Positions 1 through 13,700 of a stretch of DNA of 64,000 nucleotides are shown here, in pieces (position 1 is the first letter of the stretch; every line of letters starts with the position of its first letter). This stretch comes from Puccinia triticina. Taxonomy: Eukaryota. The DNA lies in contig CP110440.1 in assembly GCA_026914245.1 (NCBI GenBank), positions 1,612,001 through 1,676,000 on the forward strand, in the 5' to 3' direction. The notes under the pieces are model-generated. The model was given only the letters and a program-made list of their open reading frames with translations, was not told the origin of the DNA and did not search any database. The position numbers and the translations under genes were made by a program.

Positions 1-2058
1 GACTTGAGTGAAGCGGCTTGGACTGACTAGCGGACTCAGCGTCCACAATGAGTGAATACTGCCCAATTTTGATTTCAGATTGCACTTGTAAGCTTTGCCC
101 AACGAGCTGAGTATTGAATCATTGGTGGTAAGTTAGAATACCATGCCATAATCAAATAATGAGTGCTTAACTGTTAAGGATAATAACCACGAAGCCATAG
201 CAAAAACTTGAGGGATTTTCATGCTGAAGGAATTGATAGGGTCAAGGAGGGTTTTGGATGGTTCTGTTCAAGATTTTAATTCAAATAAAGAAGAAGAATG
301 GCCGTCAGATTAATCCGCAGAAAAACTAGAAATTAAAGATAAGAATGGGCCATACCTTCAATAAGTAGAGTGGTTGAGTCAAATGGATCTTGGTTCACGA
401 CAGACAGAAGGCTGCCAAGAGAAGAATATGGTCCTGGAGAGGGATAGATAAAAAAAGAAACAATGTAGAAACGATGTTGTTAGAGTTGTCCTCGGTTGTT
501 TGATTCTTGGGATGAGAAGTGGTGAAAACCAGCACTTCAGTCTTTTCTCAATAATCGGCAAGACTGGCGCGGTTGATCTTCAATTTTGAAGGCGAAGTGA
601 CCTTGATTCTAAGTAGGTTCGGAAAACTGATCGATGCATCCATCTGATCCACCTTACAGTGTCTCGATCCGAACATCACTGAGGGAGGGTGCTTCCCACT
701 TCGACCTGTGACAATGAACTTCCGGCGGAGTTTTCATATTTCCCCTGCTCGCCTGCCACCACCTCAAGCTGACGGGCCTGGAAGTTGTTTGAGGTTTTTC
801 GGAGTGCCAAGTGCTGTCCTTGACACGCATATATACATACATACAAAACCAATGGGGCCACGTCACGACCCACAGATGATTGGCGGTCATCCTGGCGCGC
901 TTCCAGGCGTTTATTTCCGGCTTCCAGACTACAGCGGCAGCGGGCAGTGGGGCGAGTCCCACCCAACTCTTCTCAATTCTCCCCGCTGTCTAGCCCTACC
1001 CTTAGCCCGACCCCCGCCCTTCCAAATCCCGACGGGCTGGGGTTGCTCAGTTTCAGGAGCCTCGCACTTGCACCAAGCTTACAGACGCCCCCCCTCTATA
1101 ATGACGAGGGCCCCTGGTAATTCTTCTGTTGTTTCCAGACCTTCTCGTCATTTGGCTGTGTATTCATCAGGAAAAACGGGGTTGGAAATTGTCATAATTT
1201 GGGGCTTGGGAAAGCGAATCCCAAGCATTAGGAAAAAGATAGCGGGGAGTCAAGTGTACCCTTTCTCGACGGTTGGGGGACCGTCCAGGGAGTTCGAAAC
1301 CCTTTTCCGGGTACGGGCTCCGCGTCGGAGCCGACTCATCCCGCCGCATGTTTTCCGAGTCAAAGCACCCGATCCCGTTTCTCCGTGCGGGCTTGGGAGT
1401 CGGTCTCTCGCCAGCTGGTTGTACAGATTGCACCCACTCGGCGATGAGGATACTTCCTCGGCGAGTGAGTATGGAGCAGGCCCTTGGGGATAGATCGACC
1501 TTTGAGCGATAAGTGGGCTACATAAGGCGCTAGATGCATTAGGGACAGATGGTAAGATTCTGATATGAATTTTGAAAAAATTAACGCTTTGAATGGGGAA
1601 GTAGCTTCAAGTGAGGATTGAGTGCGAGATATATCGCAACTTGACCATTTTCCGTAAATTGTTGGAGGCGAGGCGGCGTCCAGAAGTACCCTCCCACCCG
1701 CCGGCGCAGTGGTCACATTAGGGTCCGATCGTATCTTTTGACAGGGCTATAAAAACAGCCGGACAATCTCAAATTATGTATTGGAATGAGAGACAGTTGA
1801 AGGCCAAAGTTGCTTGCAATCTCGTCGCCAAGGGCTTTCGTCAACTGAAATTCGAAGTAGAGCACATTGTAAAGCCCTGGTGCCAGAGAAATGATTGCAG
1901 TAGATCAGTGGGCTTTATTCAGCTTTACTCGAGACAAGCCGCGCGGGAGAATATCCACCGTCGGCGGAATGCGACAAGTGTAATGGCGGGCGAGGATGGG
2001 CGTGTGTGGATGGACGCGTCGTGGCGCGTACTATGTACTACTATGCTCGAGGCTGGGG

Positions 2059-3435
2059 ATGGGCCCCCCTCCTTCTCCGCCCACCGCAGAATCAGATCCG
2101 CCGATGTTCGGCCTGGGCGAGACATGCCTCCAGCTGGTCTCCCGCCAGCTCAACTCGATCCTCAGCGAACTCCGGGACTCGGAGCAGGAAAGCTCCGTCG
2201 GAAGAGAGAAGCAACTCACCAGGCTACTGGATTTCTTCACGAAGCCCGCTCGCTCTCGGCCCGGTTCCGCCTCCTCAGCCGGTCCGTCGATCGCTCCCCA
2301 CCTGGTGAAACGGCTGGTCAAGCTCTACGTCGAGCACGTCTCGCCCGATACCCCGGACTACGGCCCCAACGAGCTGCCGTTGCTCTTCTATCTCGCGATA
2401 TGCTCGATCTACTCCGACCTCGATACCTTCGGATTCACCACGCGGGAGCCGCACGCCGAGCGGCCGCCGGCCTGCTACCACCAGCTCCGTCTGGACAGGC
2501 CGGTTGAGCTCGGATTGGTCCAGAAGTATCTCCAGCCCTCGCAGTGCATCACGATCCTCGACCTGACGGGGGCGAGCAAATTCGCCGATTCGGGGCTGCT
2601 GGACCTGCACAATCTCATCGGCAATTCAGTCAGATCCATCGTCCTCGACCATACCTCTGTCACTGACCTCGGCATCGCCCATCTTGCTCGCTCGCTCTCA
2701 ACCGCTCTGCAAGAGTCCCCAGACCGGCCCAGCGAACTTCCCTCCCACGAGCCGTTCAGAGAGCTCAGGTCGATTAGTTTGAGGGGCTTGCATCGTGTGA
2801 CTGACCGCTCCGCGAAACATCTGAGTCGGTTTCCAAACCTGTTATCCATAGGTGAGTTTGGCGGATTTCGCGGTTGGCGTGACTATCTCTCGTTCTACTA
2901 ATCATCAGGTGCTGCACGCACTGGTCCATCAGACCTCACCGGCACATCGTGTACAGACGCAACCCCGCTCATCCTGAACAGACCGCAGGCGGCCCATCAC
3001 ACGCAGTCCCCCTTCCAGCCTGCGCGATCAGAAGACGAGCTCGAGCTGTTCTCGCGGACCTTGGAGCCATCCGAGCGATTGAATAAGCTGCTGGCCCAGC
3101 ATAAGCAGGACAACATCCCAGCCGGCGGGCCGTTCTTTTTCCAAATCAACCGATCCGATCGCGCTTATTCCAAGAAATATGGAGCCTCCTTGGAGTCCTC
3201 GGCTTTCGCCAAACGCTTCCCACCTCTCTGCCTCCTCAGAGCTCTTCCTTCTGCCCCGTCCCCCCTATCCACCGTTAAACCCCCAAATCTTCATCCTCCA
3301 TCCACGCTTCAGTCAGCCCCTCCCCACGCTCATGTCTCCAGTCAATCTTCTTCTCTCCCCTCGATCAAACGCAAAAAACTCAACCCTTCTATCCTAGACG
3401 ACTTGCTCGAAGTCCGAAAGTCTCGCAGGAAGTAG
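2059..3435 (+). CDS. Leucine-rich-repeat (RNI/AMN1-like) protein, 2 exons (2059-2851, 2933-3435); start could also be 1996 or 2104
   Basis: LRR motifs ILDLTGASKFADSGL, IVLDHTSVTDLGI, ISLRGLHRVTDRS. Removing the GTGAGT..CAG intron 2852-2932 joins LLSI-DLTGTSCTDAT in frame with ORF 3061-3435. Confidence 0.75.
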
Positions 3436-3835
3436 ACCACCCCAAAATCGTTCTTTGTATGTATCAACACAAAAGTCAGTTGGCCCCTGTAATCATTGTG
3501 TCATTGTGGCCATAAATATTACATACACCGCTAATCTCGTCGACTTGTCCGACATGGCATCAAACAGAATAGTAATTTGAATGGATTCTCTTTGCCAAGA
3601 ACGTTGGACCGTTTCAACTTTTTGTTTTTTTGTTTTATGGATTTATTCTAACTTACCAGATTGATTTCTGGCCAAAGTATCCCACAACCTTCATGTTCCC
3701 TGCAGCTTGTGTAATGGTTGGGTGACTGGTCTCTGTTAGGACAGAGGGCAGCCTCCTTTCACCTCAGTGATGGGTTGGAGGGGTCATTGGTCTTTGCTGA
3801 AGTCTACTCCAAGACTATATTCCGGAGGATGATTA

Positions 3836-3992
3836 TGGTGTTCAAAATTGCATGTGACACTGTTTACATAAAATCATAAAGCCAATTTTGGCTGGGGGAT
3901 GTCAGTGTGCATAAAACTTAAAGTGACATTTCCCAGCCAAAATTGCAGTTTATGATTTTATGCAAAAAAATCTTATGCAATTTTGAACACCA
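3836..3992. mobile_element. Hairpin MITE-like element (~160 bp)
   Basis: TGGTGTTCAAAATTGCAT...ATGCAATTTTGAACACCA termini and near end-to-end self-complementarity (ATAAAATCATAAA/TTTATGATTTTAT, AATTTTGGCTGGG/CCCAGCCAAAATT). Confidence 0.7.
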
Positions 3993-4589
3993 CAGATGGC
4001 TCTGGTCCTAGATTTGACCTTGGGCCTCATCTGACAACTGTCAACCAATAGACACAAAATACACATGTGATTTGCCTGAATTGGCCAAAAAAAAAAAATA
4101 GAACTGGTCCAACCTTCTTGGCAAAGACAATAATTTCCCAAGTCCAAATGCTGAATATGCAGCAAATGCAGTTAGTGTGACAATTTTCACTAGCGTCCAA
4201 AATGTATCAGTCAAAGCCCTAGTTCACCTGCCATCAGAAGCTGAAGTCACCGGCACCCACTTCTTTTTTTCATGTGTTTACACAATCCAATTGTGAAGAA
4301 GAGACTGATGAGTTCCTCAGTCCCCCTTTTGTCATCACCAAAAATTAAATCTCAAATTGATACAACTTAGCTGAATCCTTTTCCTTTATCCATATTAGGG
4401 GGTATCAAGTATAGCCAAAGACAAAATTCTTGGGAGCTAAGGGGCAAAACAAAGGCAATGTATACAAATTGCCTTTTTTGGCCTGGTGATGATGTAATTG
4501 AATGGTTTTCAAAACATCAGATTTTTGAAACCTGTTGGTGTTGAGTCAGGATGTTTTAGAGAATGTGCTGGCGGACCTGGGGAGGCTAC

Positions 4590-5820
4590 GTCCGCACCCG
4601 CCGGACGGTTCCGGATGCGGTGCTGGGTGACTGTTTTTTTTCCAAAAAAGCGGTGCAGTACCCAGGTACCCACGTACCTCTCAGATCACCCTGTTCAAAG
4701 AGGTGTGTACACCTCTTCAACTGGATGTATTCCTCTAGCCAAGGTATACCTCTCAGAATGGAGGGATTTCTCCATTAAAAAATGTATGTATACATCCTTT
4801 TTCCTCTGGTTGAGTGGCTGGTCAAGTCCTGCCAGACTTAGGCAATCAATTTGGTGTGTAGACTCACATGCTAATGCATTGACAAGCAATCTCCTTCCAA
4901 ATAATTGGTTTTCAGTTCAACACACCAAATTCATTGGCATATGGGAGCCACACTCCAATAAATTGGCAAGGCCTTCCTGTTGATATTTAGCTTGGAGGAA
5001 AGTATGTGATGGAGAGGAGGGAGAAATCTCAAGGGAGCCATGATTGATCATTGGACCAAGGAGCTGATGGTGGTTCATGTGAATAAATGCTCTGACTTGA
5101 TGATTTATTTCAAATCAAACTAGAAGATATGCATGTAGTCACAACTAGAGAGCCACCTTGCAAGATCCAAAGGGGGCCTAGAAGACTAAAACAAACAAAA
5201 AATCTAACATAAGATGGATGGAAGGGGGGGAAGGACATCACTGATAGTGATGGAAGAGATGGATAAGCATGTGAGCCGGGAAGAAGGCTAGAATTCTGAC
5301 ACTTGCTTCAAAATTGGTGTGAGGAAAAAAGAGTGGTGTGCTTGGCTGCTAGAGATACTCATTTGATCACCGTGGCAGGTACCTAGTACTGCTTGGCGGG
5401 TACCTCTTGCACCCGCGCAGCAGTGCCAGGTGCGGTACTAGGCACTTGGTTTTGGCCAAAAGGCAGTGTGGTACCCAGGTACCGCCTGCAAGTACCACTC
5501 ACCCCCTACAGGCACCCAGGTCCTGCAGCTGGGTGGTTGCATCAATGAAACCGGTGGAAGCAAAGAAGCACCATATTTTTACTGTTATGTAGATTACACA
5601 TAATCTGAAAGAATGTGGTGTGTTCACAGGGAGGATCCAGGGCCCGCCTGCCCACCCCTATCATTTCTTGGGGGGATCCAGGACCCGCAGCCTGGTAGAC
5701 CATGAAATGTGATAGAGGAGGCCAAAAATAGTGTTGAAGCTACCTGTGGTACCTCCCAGGCGGTTCCAGGTGTGGTTCTAGGTACCTGAATTTGGCCAGA
5801 AAGAGTTTTGGTACCCAGGT
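4590..5820. repeat. Three degenerate copies of a GGTACCCAGGTACC-containing repeat (TE remnant)
   Basis: Related blocks at about 4600-4680, 5375-5530 and 5745-5820 (CAGGTGYGGT..CCAAAA..GGTACCCAGGT). Confidence 0.5.
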
Positions 5821-7333
5821 CCAGAATGACTATCTATTGGTCCCAAACTTTTTTTGAAGGAGTGTTGGTGTGGTTTTTTTTTTTTTTTTTTTTTGGTGTG
5901 CATTTAAAACATCCTATTAAAGGGGTATAAGTTTCTGAGCTGTAGTGGAGAGTTTCCTATGTATCTAGCTTATCATTTACTTGCACAAGAGGCTTTAGAT
6001 CCAGACACTTACAAAAAGTGGGGTTCAGAATTCCCAGAGGATGAATGGCATATAAAACATACTGGAGGAGAAAGCCCTTTATTTCAGTGACTTGTTTTAA
6101 CAAATTCAATGTTTCTGTAGGTGTTTGAAGTTCCAAGCCAACACCATTAATCCTGTTTTGTTTCAAATTTCTCACGTTTCTGCTTACAATTCTCAATAAA
6201 TATGTACCTGCATCAAGTTTTATGTTTGATGTGGCTATGAATAGGAAGCCATCAGATAAGTTATAACTGGGTCTGGAAGATTTCACTTTAACCCTTGGGG
6301 AAATTCACTACTTGGAGAGCTCTGTTTGTCACCCTCAACCACCTTCAATTAATCCCAAATATGTTACTTCTTAAATCTTCCAACTTGATGATTCACATCT
6401 TGAGAATGATTGTGGTAAAGACCTTCTCTTGCACCTTCTAGCGTCAGAGCACCTGACAATCACTTTTTTTTTTCTTCACAGATTCTCCAAGCAGCAATAC
6501 TGGTTACTGCACCTCTGCCTGATTTGGGGAATATTTGTGAGATTTTTCATAATTTTGGCCAATCATGCAAATCCCTACTTGGCTCTGTTTTTCCCCTTGT
6601 TTGAGTCTGACACAAACAGGCTGGATCCCCCTCCTTCAAACCCAGCACTCAACTCAGAAGTACTGCATGAGGAGGATGAAAATGTTGTAAGTGGCCAGAG
6701 TGATTGAAAACACCCAGGAAGTGAAAAAAGAGTGAAATTTTCTATGTTTCATGGGGAGATAACAGGGTTCTCAGCAGCCCAATATTATGGATGCAATTTT
6801 GGATGGTCCTTTTTTCAAAAATGCAAAAATTGATGGCAAGTGGTGTTTTCATTAGTTTAGCCCATGCATTTCCAAAAGGGATAATCAGATTTTTTTCAAC
6901 CATGAAAAATCTAATTTGGAAACAACACCACTTCTTCTTGATTGGGCAGAAATTGGTGTGAGTTATCTCCCTGTGATGGACTAGCCCTAAGCAGACAAAC
7001 CCTGTGACATTCTAATTTGGATCATGGTTTTTTCAGGAGCCCCACAGAGATGGAATCTCTAGAAGTTGGGTTATGAAAAACCATGCAGAAATCTCTGTGA
7101 GTAATATGAATTTTTGAGAAACCTACAACAGAAGAAGTGACATTATTTTGATCATGTGGATCCTGGCCTTTACCAGAGCACCAATAATCATAACATCCCT
7201 TGTAGCTTGGGATCAAAATCAAAAGTTGATCATCCAGAGAGTTCCGTGAGTTCCAATATAACAGGGTCAGAAAGTTCAAGAATTCAGTTGGAGTGACCTT
7301 TGTTTGTAACAATTTGCTACATTTTCATTCCAG

Positions 7334-7618
7334 GTAGAAGAAAACAAATGTATGATTTGTCTTGGAGGTTTCAGTTCAAATCAGATTGCCAAAGAATGGC
7401 CACTTTGTCAAAACAGGTTTCATGAAAATTGTGTAGCTAAGTGGGGAATAGATCATTACAACTGTCCCAATTGCAGAGTAGATAATGTGTCACATGAAAT
7501 CTACAAGAAACTATATTCTTATGGGGCTGAATTGAAAGCACAAATTTTGTGGTTAAGATGGAGAAGCAATAATGGAATTGCTTGCAGTGTGAGTGATTTG
7601 GATTTATTTGAAAAATGA
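7334..7618 (+). pseudogene. Degenerate RING-H2 zinc-finger exon (E3 ligase-like relic)
   Basis: After a TTCCAG acceptor: EENKCMICLGGFSSNQIAKEWPLCQNRFHENCVAKWGIDHYNCPNCR. One His ligand appears as Asn; the surrounding DNA is nearly devoid of CpG. Confidence 0.55.
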
Positions 7619-8619
7619 GAAGATTTGTTTTGACAAAATTATCAAAAACAGGATCATGATAAAAAAATTGTCACAAATTGGAATAGATTTCAAAAAGATC
7701 ACCCTTCAATAGCTCATAAGCTTCTGCAATCAACTGATTTATATTCCTAGAATTTCTTCTCATCCATCCATTCCTTTTCATCATTACTTTTGATTATCTT
7801 TTGTAGAGTTCCTCTTATAAGCAATTGCTATCCAGAAATCTCTATTCACTCCATTTTCTAAAATATTTCTCCACTTTATAGAAACTCCTATCAAACGTCT
7901 TACATCAAACCAAGCATATTCTCAGTGCCTTCTGTCCTTTGAACTTCTTTTCAACTCATAAAAAGCTTTCTGAACAAATTTTTATGTCAATTCAAATTTC
8001 ACCTTGCACCTCAGTGCCATCTCCTTTTGAGTTAAAACCAGTGCATTAGCTCCATAAAAGCTCCTGCCTATCAGCTATAAAGATTTCTGCAAAATTGAGT
8101 TGTTTTACTTTTTTTTTTATCCTGCTTTATGATTTGGTATCCTAATTAGCTCCCTTTGGGATTAGAAAACTAGCATTGCTTTTTAGGCCCCAGTTAATAG
8201 CCAAGCACTGTACTACCCCTGCACCAGATGCCCTGAATATTCTCTGACTTAACTACCTTTGATTCCAACTTAGGCCCCTATGTATTTTTTCTCTCAATCA
8301 TTTCTTTATAGAAGAAAATAAAACTATATTAAAGACAGAAAAACACGGAAAAAAAAAGATCAAGGGTTTCCCCTAAGAACTCCAAAAAAATTGCAAAAGA
8401 AATCACAACCCTTTCAAAAAAACAAGTCACAAAAAAAGCCAGCTAAACACAGAATTCAAACACCACAAACAGAACCCGCCATCCATCCCTGTCTCGCAGG
8501 GTTTAAGCAGATGGCCCTCAGTGCACACATTAAAGGTATCATACAAAAGGGAGCCACCAAGTAGAGCCACTCAGAACGCACAAGTGCAACAGTGGATGTA
8601 GAGCAAGTAAAATGAATAG

Positions 8620-8840
8620 CGGGGACAGGGGGAATTGAACCCGCATCTCCATGTTGCATGCCGGGTTGCTCTCCCACTACATGTAAACATCAACAGCTAA
8701 TTTTGGGCCAAATGTCAAATTGATGTTTGACATGCAAACATCAACCAAATGGTGTGGCTGGGCTGACATTTTTGTCAAATTTCACTTTGACATTGGGCAC
8801 AAAACGTCACCCCATGCAGTGTACCACTGAGCTATATGGG
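8620..8840 (-). pseudogene. tRNA-derived (SINE-head-like) relic interrupted by a CACTA-type MITE
   Basis: Removing 8675-8821 gives, on minus, TAGCTCAGTGGTAGAGC (A box)...GGTTCAATTCC (B box). The acceptor stem does not pair, so it is not a functional tRNA. Confidence 0.6.
8675..8821. mobile_element. 147-bp CACTA/EnSpm-like miniature element
   Basis: Termini CACTACATG...CATGCAGTG; flanking triplets TCC/TAC (imperfect 3-bp TSD). Confidence 0.55.
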
Positions 8841-9160
8841 TGTGAGGTTTACCAACATACACCATGTACAAATTTTTTTCATGATTGCACTACAGGTTGC
8901 AAAGTCCTGTCACCACTCATGACAGACATGCACATGCCATGAAATGTCAAATTTACATGACATGTTGTCATGCAGCTGTCATAAGATCAACTGCCTTTTG
9001 AAACCCTCTGCACATCCACTGTGCATGTGACATCTGTCCAATGTTGCTTACATGGCATCTGAATGAAATGGAGAACTGTAAAACAACAGGTTCTCCATGT
9101 CACACACTTCATACAGGACAGTGTAACCTGTCCCGTGTTCATGAATCAATTTTTCATTAC

Positions 9161-9387
9161 TAGGGGGATTCAAAGTTGGCCATGCACAACTTGCATGCAC
9201 TTTTGCAAGTTATTGTTCAAGGCTTTTATTGAACACCAAATTTCAAAAAAAACATTCAAGCAGGCTTAGGGGGTGTAGTACAGTGTGGCTTGCACGCACT
9301 TTTGAAACTCGGTGTTCAAGAATGAACTTGAACACCGACTTGAAAAAGTGCGTGAATGTTGCATCAGGCCAACTTTGAAACCCCCTA
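9161..9387. mobile_element. Palindromic MITE-like element
   Basis: TAGGGGGATTCAAAGTTGGCC...GGCCAACTTTGAAACCCCCTA inverted termini, with internal GTTCAA/TTGAAC symmetry. Confidence 0.6.
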
Positions 9388-10748
9388 CTACCTCTACACA
9401 ACCCCTGTACACCTATAGTACAATGGTGACAGACCCCACCACTCCTTCCAGGTGCTCATCCCAGGTACGCCACTGCATATGGCGCTGGGCTCATAACCTG
9501 TAGGTTGAGCAAGTACCACATCTCTCCAATGCATGCTGGGTTGCTCTAACGTTGAGCTTTATCCACAGGTGTGAGGTGTACCGACGTATACAACCTCTAC
9601 TGTGGAGGGTTTTGATCTCAATCCATCCGCTGGAGGTGCAGCAGGTGGAATCAACTGAGGGAAAATATCCTTGCAATTTTGGTTTCCATTTATATAGCCT
9701 CCGGAATAACGAACTTGCAATACCATGCCAACTCTCCCCTTGCCAAGACAACTGCTTCACCCCTGCCCTTGAAACCCTCACTTTTTGGCTTGTATGATTG
9801 AATTCACCTCACAAAACTAAATTAACTAACTCCCTTTTGGCCACTTATGCCTTGTTGGTGAATTTGGCCTGAGAGATCTTCCATTTTTCGTTTTCCTTTT
9901 ATGATAGGGTAACTGTAGGGTTCTGTATTTGTTTAATCAACCTGCAAATTCACACTTGGACTTATCAGAAGCCTGGCCATCTCCTGCCACCTTCCTTTCT
10001 ATTTTTCTAAGATAAAGGAGGAATGGAGTAAAAAAGAAAACCATGCTGGCCAAAACAGTCAATGCATCATTGTTTTTTGAATTGACTCCCTTGGGATTTG
10101 GAGTGAACAGTGCAAATGCATGTTCCCAAAAAAATCCTGCAGCTTTTCCAGTTTCTCAGATCTTTCAGTGAGATGATCTGCAATACAGTTGAATTATTGG
10201 TCTGCAGAAAACGGCAGAGTGGAATGGCATTTGAAATTGACATCAGTGCCCCTGATTTTTCTTTTGCTGGTTTTAGAATTTTTTTTTTGTTTTTTGATGA
10301 GAGAGATGGACTTGCAGATATGTATAGAGCTGAGGGTATATGTTGTTCTTGTAAACAATGCTAGGATTAGACCATTAACTTTCAGCAATTCCAAAACTGT
10401 TAAATTTTGGCCATGTTCTTCTGCTATATCTGAATGTTTTTGAAGTAGGCTCATCCTGCAGAATGCGGCATGTTTTTTTGCACATAGCAGAAGCTTGTCT
10501 CACTAGTTTTATAGTTGACAGAAATCAGGAAAACCTGGAACTGTGAACAGAAACAAGTGAGGCGCTTGTTCTTTTCCGAATGAACTTGGAGATTCTGGGG
10601 CAGGGTTTCGCAGGCTGTCACAGGGTATGGGTAGTGACAGCCCAGTGAAACCCCGCCAGGCTGCCCCTCATCGCCGATCGCCCGCCCGCCAGCACCAGCC
10701 AGCCACGCCCACCCACCCGAGCACACCACCCACCCATCTTCAAGCACC

Positions 10749-13700
10749 ATGTCCCACTCGCGAAGCCCGTCGACCGAGCGCCAGACCAAGCGCAAGAGGT
10801 GCGTCCTCAGCCCAGCTTGATAATCTATTCTACCTTCCCAGAGCGCACACCGACACTGCTCATGGCGCTCACCAGGTCGATCAGTCCAACCGATGGAAAC
10901 GTCCCGCCTCTCCACCGGAAACGTCGCTCGGCATCCCCCGCCGAAAGACCTGCGGACGAGGAGAAACGCGAGCCCTTCGAACGGATACAGGTCGACGTCC
11001 CCAGAATACACGACTCTGATCCCGCGCGGCGCAGAGAAAGAGAGGAGCAACTCCGGATCCGTCTTGCCGAACAAGAACTTGCTGGGATCGTCAAGCCCAA
11101 GCCTGACCCGAAGCTAGAAATGCAGAAAATGGCGGCCACTAGAGGCGGTGGTGCCTACATCCCCCCCGCACGCCGTCAGTGTCCCTCTTTTCCTCTAGCA
11201 AAAAAAAAAAAAAAAAAAGAATGAACTTTTGCTTATTGCTGTCATTCGTCTCTAGTCAGGGCTATGCAAGCGCAGATGGATACTCCAGATCCTTCAAGTC
11301 CAGAATACCAGAGGATCCGTTGGGATGCCTTAAGGAAATCTATCAACGGGTTGATCAACAAAGTGAATGTTGGCAACATCAAATTCATAGTACCCGAGGC
11401 AAGTCCATTCTCCATTCCTTGGCAAAACAACACCAAGATCACTCATACCGCAATCTTCATAACCAAAAATCCAGCTCTTTGGTGAGAATTTGATTAGAGG
11501 TCGAGGCCTTTTTGCACGATCGATCATGCGTGCCCAGGCTTCCTCGCTACCCTTTACGCCCGTCTTTGCAGCCTTGGTATCCGTGATCAACACCAAGCTG
11601 CCCACAGTGGGGGAACTGATCGTGACCCGTGTAGTCAGCCAATTCCGACGGGCCTATCGTCGAAACGACAAAGTGACGTGTGTCGCGACCTCGACGTTTG
11701 TTGCCCAGCTTGTCAATCAGCAAGTAGCCCACCATCTGCTCGCGTTCGAAATCATCATCCTTCTGCTCGAGAAACCGACGGACGACTCGGTCGAGATCGC
11801 CGTCGGATTCACTAAGGAGGTCGGCGCCTTCTTGTCCGAGGCCGAACCAAAGGCTAACAATAGCGTCTATGAACGCTTTCGTTCGATCTTGCACGAGGCT
11901 ACTATCAGCAAACGAGTTCAGTATATGATCGAAGTTCTCTTTCAGGTCAGGAAAGATCGCTTCAAGGATAATCTGGTCCTCCCCGAAGGTCTAGATCTCG
12001 TCGAAGAAGACGACATCATAACCCATCCCATCCATCTAGATGATGATCTGCAAGTTCAAGATACACTAAGTCAGTGGAATTCTTCCCCCCCCTTTTTTTT
12101 GCTAATCATGGTAATCAATTTTTTTAATAATTTGTTTTACTTTCATCAGATGTGTTCAAATTCGATCCAGACTACGCCGAGAATGAAGAAAAGTATCAGA
12201 GTATCAAGAATGAGATCCTTGGAGTTGATTCTGACTCGGGTTCCAGCGGGTCGGAAAGCGGCAGTGATGAGGAGAGTTCCGAAGAAGAGCCTGATACTGG
12301 AATAGGTTTGTCTATCGCCCGTTCTGAGTAGCTGTAGCTTCTGTGCGACTTTCTCACAATCTGCTTTGTTTTGACAGTCGATGGGAAGGTTACCATCCAT
12401 GACCACTCGGAGACCAACTTGATCAATTTCCGTCGGAACGTTTACTTAACAATCATGTCATCGCTAGATTTCGAAGAAGCTGCCCACAAGCTGCTCAAGC
12501 GAAACATCGAGGAAGGACTAGAGCTAGAGCTGGCCAACATGGTTGTTGAGTGTTGCTCGCAAGAACGATCGTATGCGAAGTTCTACGGCCTGTTAGGCGA
12601 AAGGTTTTGTAAACTCAACCAGACATGGACGATGACCTTCGACCAATGTTTCCGGAACTACTACGACACGATCCACCGTTTTGAGACGAACCGATTGCGG
12701 AACATCGCCCGCTTCTTCGGCCATCTCTTGGCCCAGGATGCCATCCCATGGTCGGTCTTTGAGGTGATCAGGATGAACGAAGACGATACGACTAGTAGTT
12801 CCCGAATCTTCGTCAAGATCATGTTCCAGGAAATCACTGAGGTCTTGGGCCTCAAACGCTTGGCCGAACGCTTCAAGGATCCCTCGATGCAGGTCTGGTT
12901 CGGGGGCCTGTTCCCGATCGACAATCCTAAGAACACTAGGTTTTCAATCAACTACTGTCAGTCCGCTCCTTTCATCGTCCTGCTCGTTTTTTCCCATGCT
13001 GATTGTTTTTGAGTTGTTTCTCAGTTACTAGCATTGGACTTGGAGTTTTGACTGAAGAAATGCGTGAACATCTCAAACGAGCGCCACAGTGAGTTACGAT
13101 AATGGAGCTCTCAACGCTTTGAAATTACTGATTGACTTTCGCGGCATCTCGTTTTTACCAGATTGATCATGGCTAAGCGACGCGAGTTAGATGAAGCCGA
13201 ATCGTCGGACGATGACGATTCAAGCTCCGACATCTCGTCGATTTCGTCGACTGATTCGAGTGATTCGGACTCAGACTCGAGCAGCTCCGGCCGCTCGGGC
13301 GATTCCCGAGACCGTCGGGGCGGCAGGAATGGACGACGCGGGCGTGGGCGGGATTCGTCGTCTTCTTCACCCGGTTACCGTCGAGGCTCGCCTGGAAGAC
13401 GGCGCGACTCGCGATCGCCTGGCAGACGCCGCGACTCCCGCTCTCCTCCGGGTCGAGGCCGAGACGCCAGATCTCCGCCTGTCCGCCGTCGTGACTCTCG
13501 GTCGCCGGGTAGACGCCGCGCCTCCCCGTCTCCCGTCAGACGCAGAGGCTCGCCTTCTCCTGTTAGACGCCGTAGATCGCCTTCGCCCGTCAGACGTCGA
13601 GGCTCTCGCTCCCCCGTCAGACGCCGTCGATCGCCTTCCCCCGCCAGGCGTCGAGCCTCCCCTTCTCCAGTTAGACGTCGAGGCTCGCCGTCTCCTGATA

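Noticed and set aside
1..1716. Several ORFs on both strands (e.g. 708-1493 +, 1167-1433 -) and splice-like signals
   Set aside because: No recognisable motif, and I could not build a stop-free spliced model; a divergent gene cannot be excluded.
1776..2507. 243-aa ORF overlapping the LRR gene
   Set aside because: Alternative frame of GC-rich coding DNA; the LRR frame explains the region.
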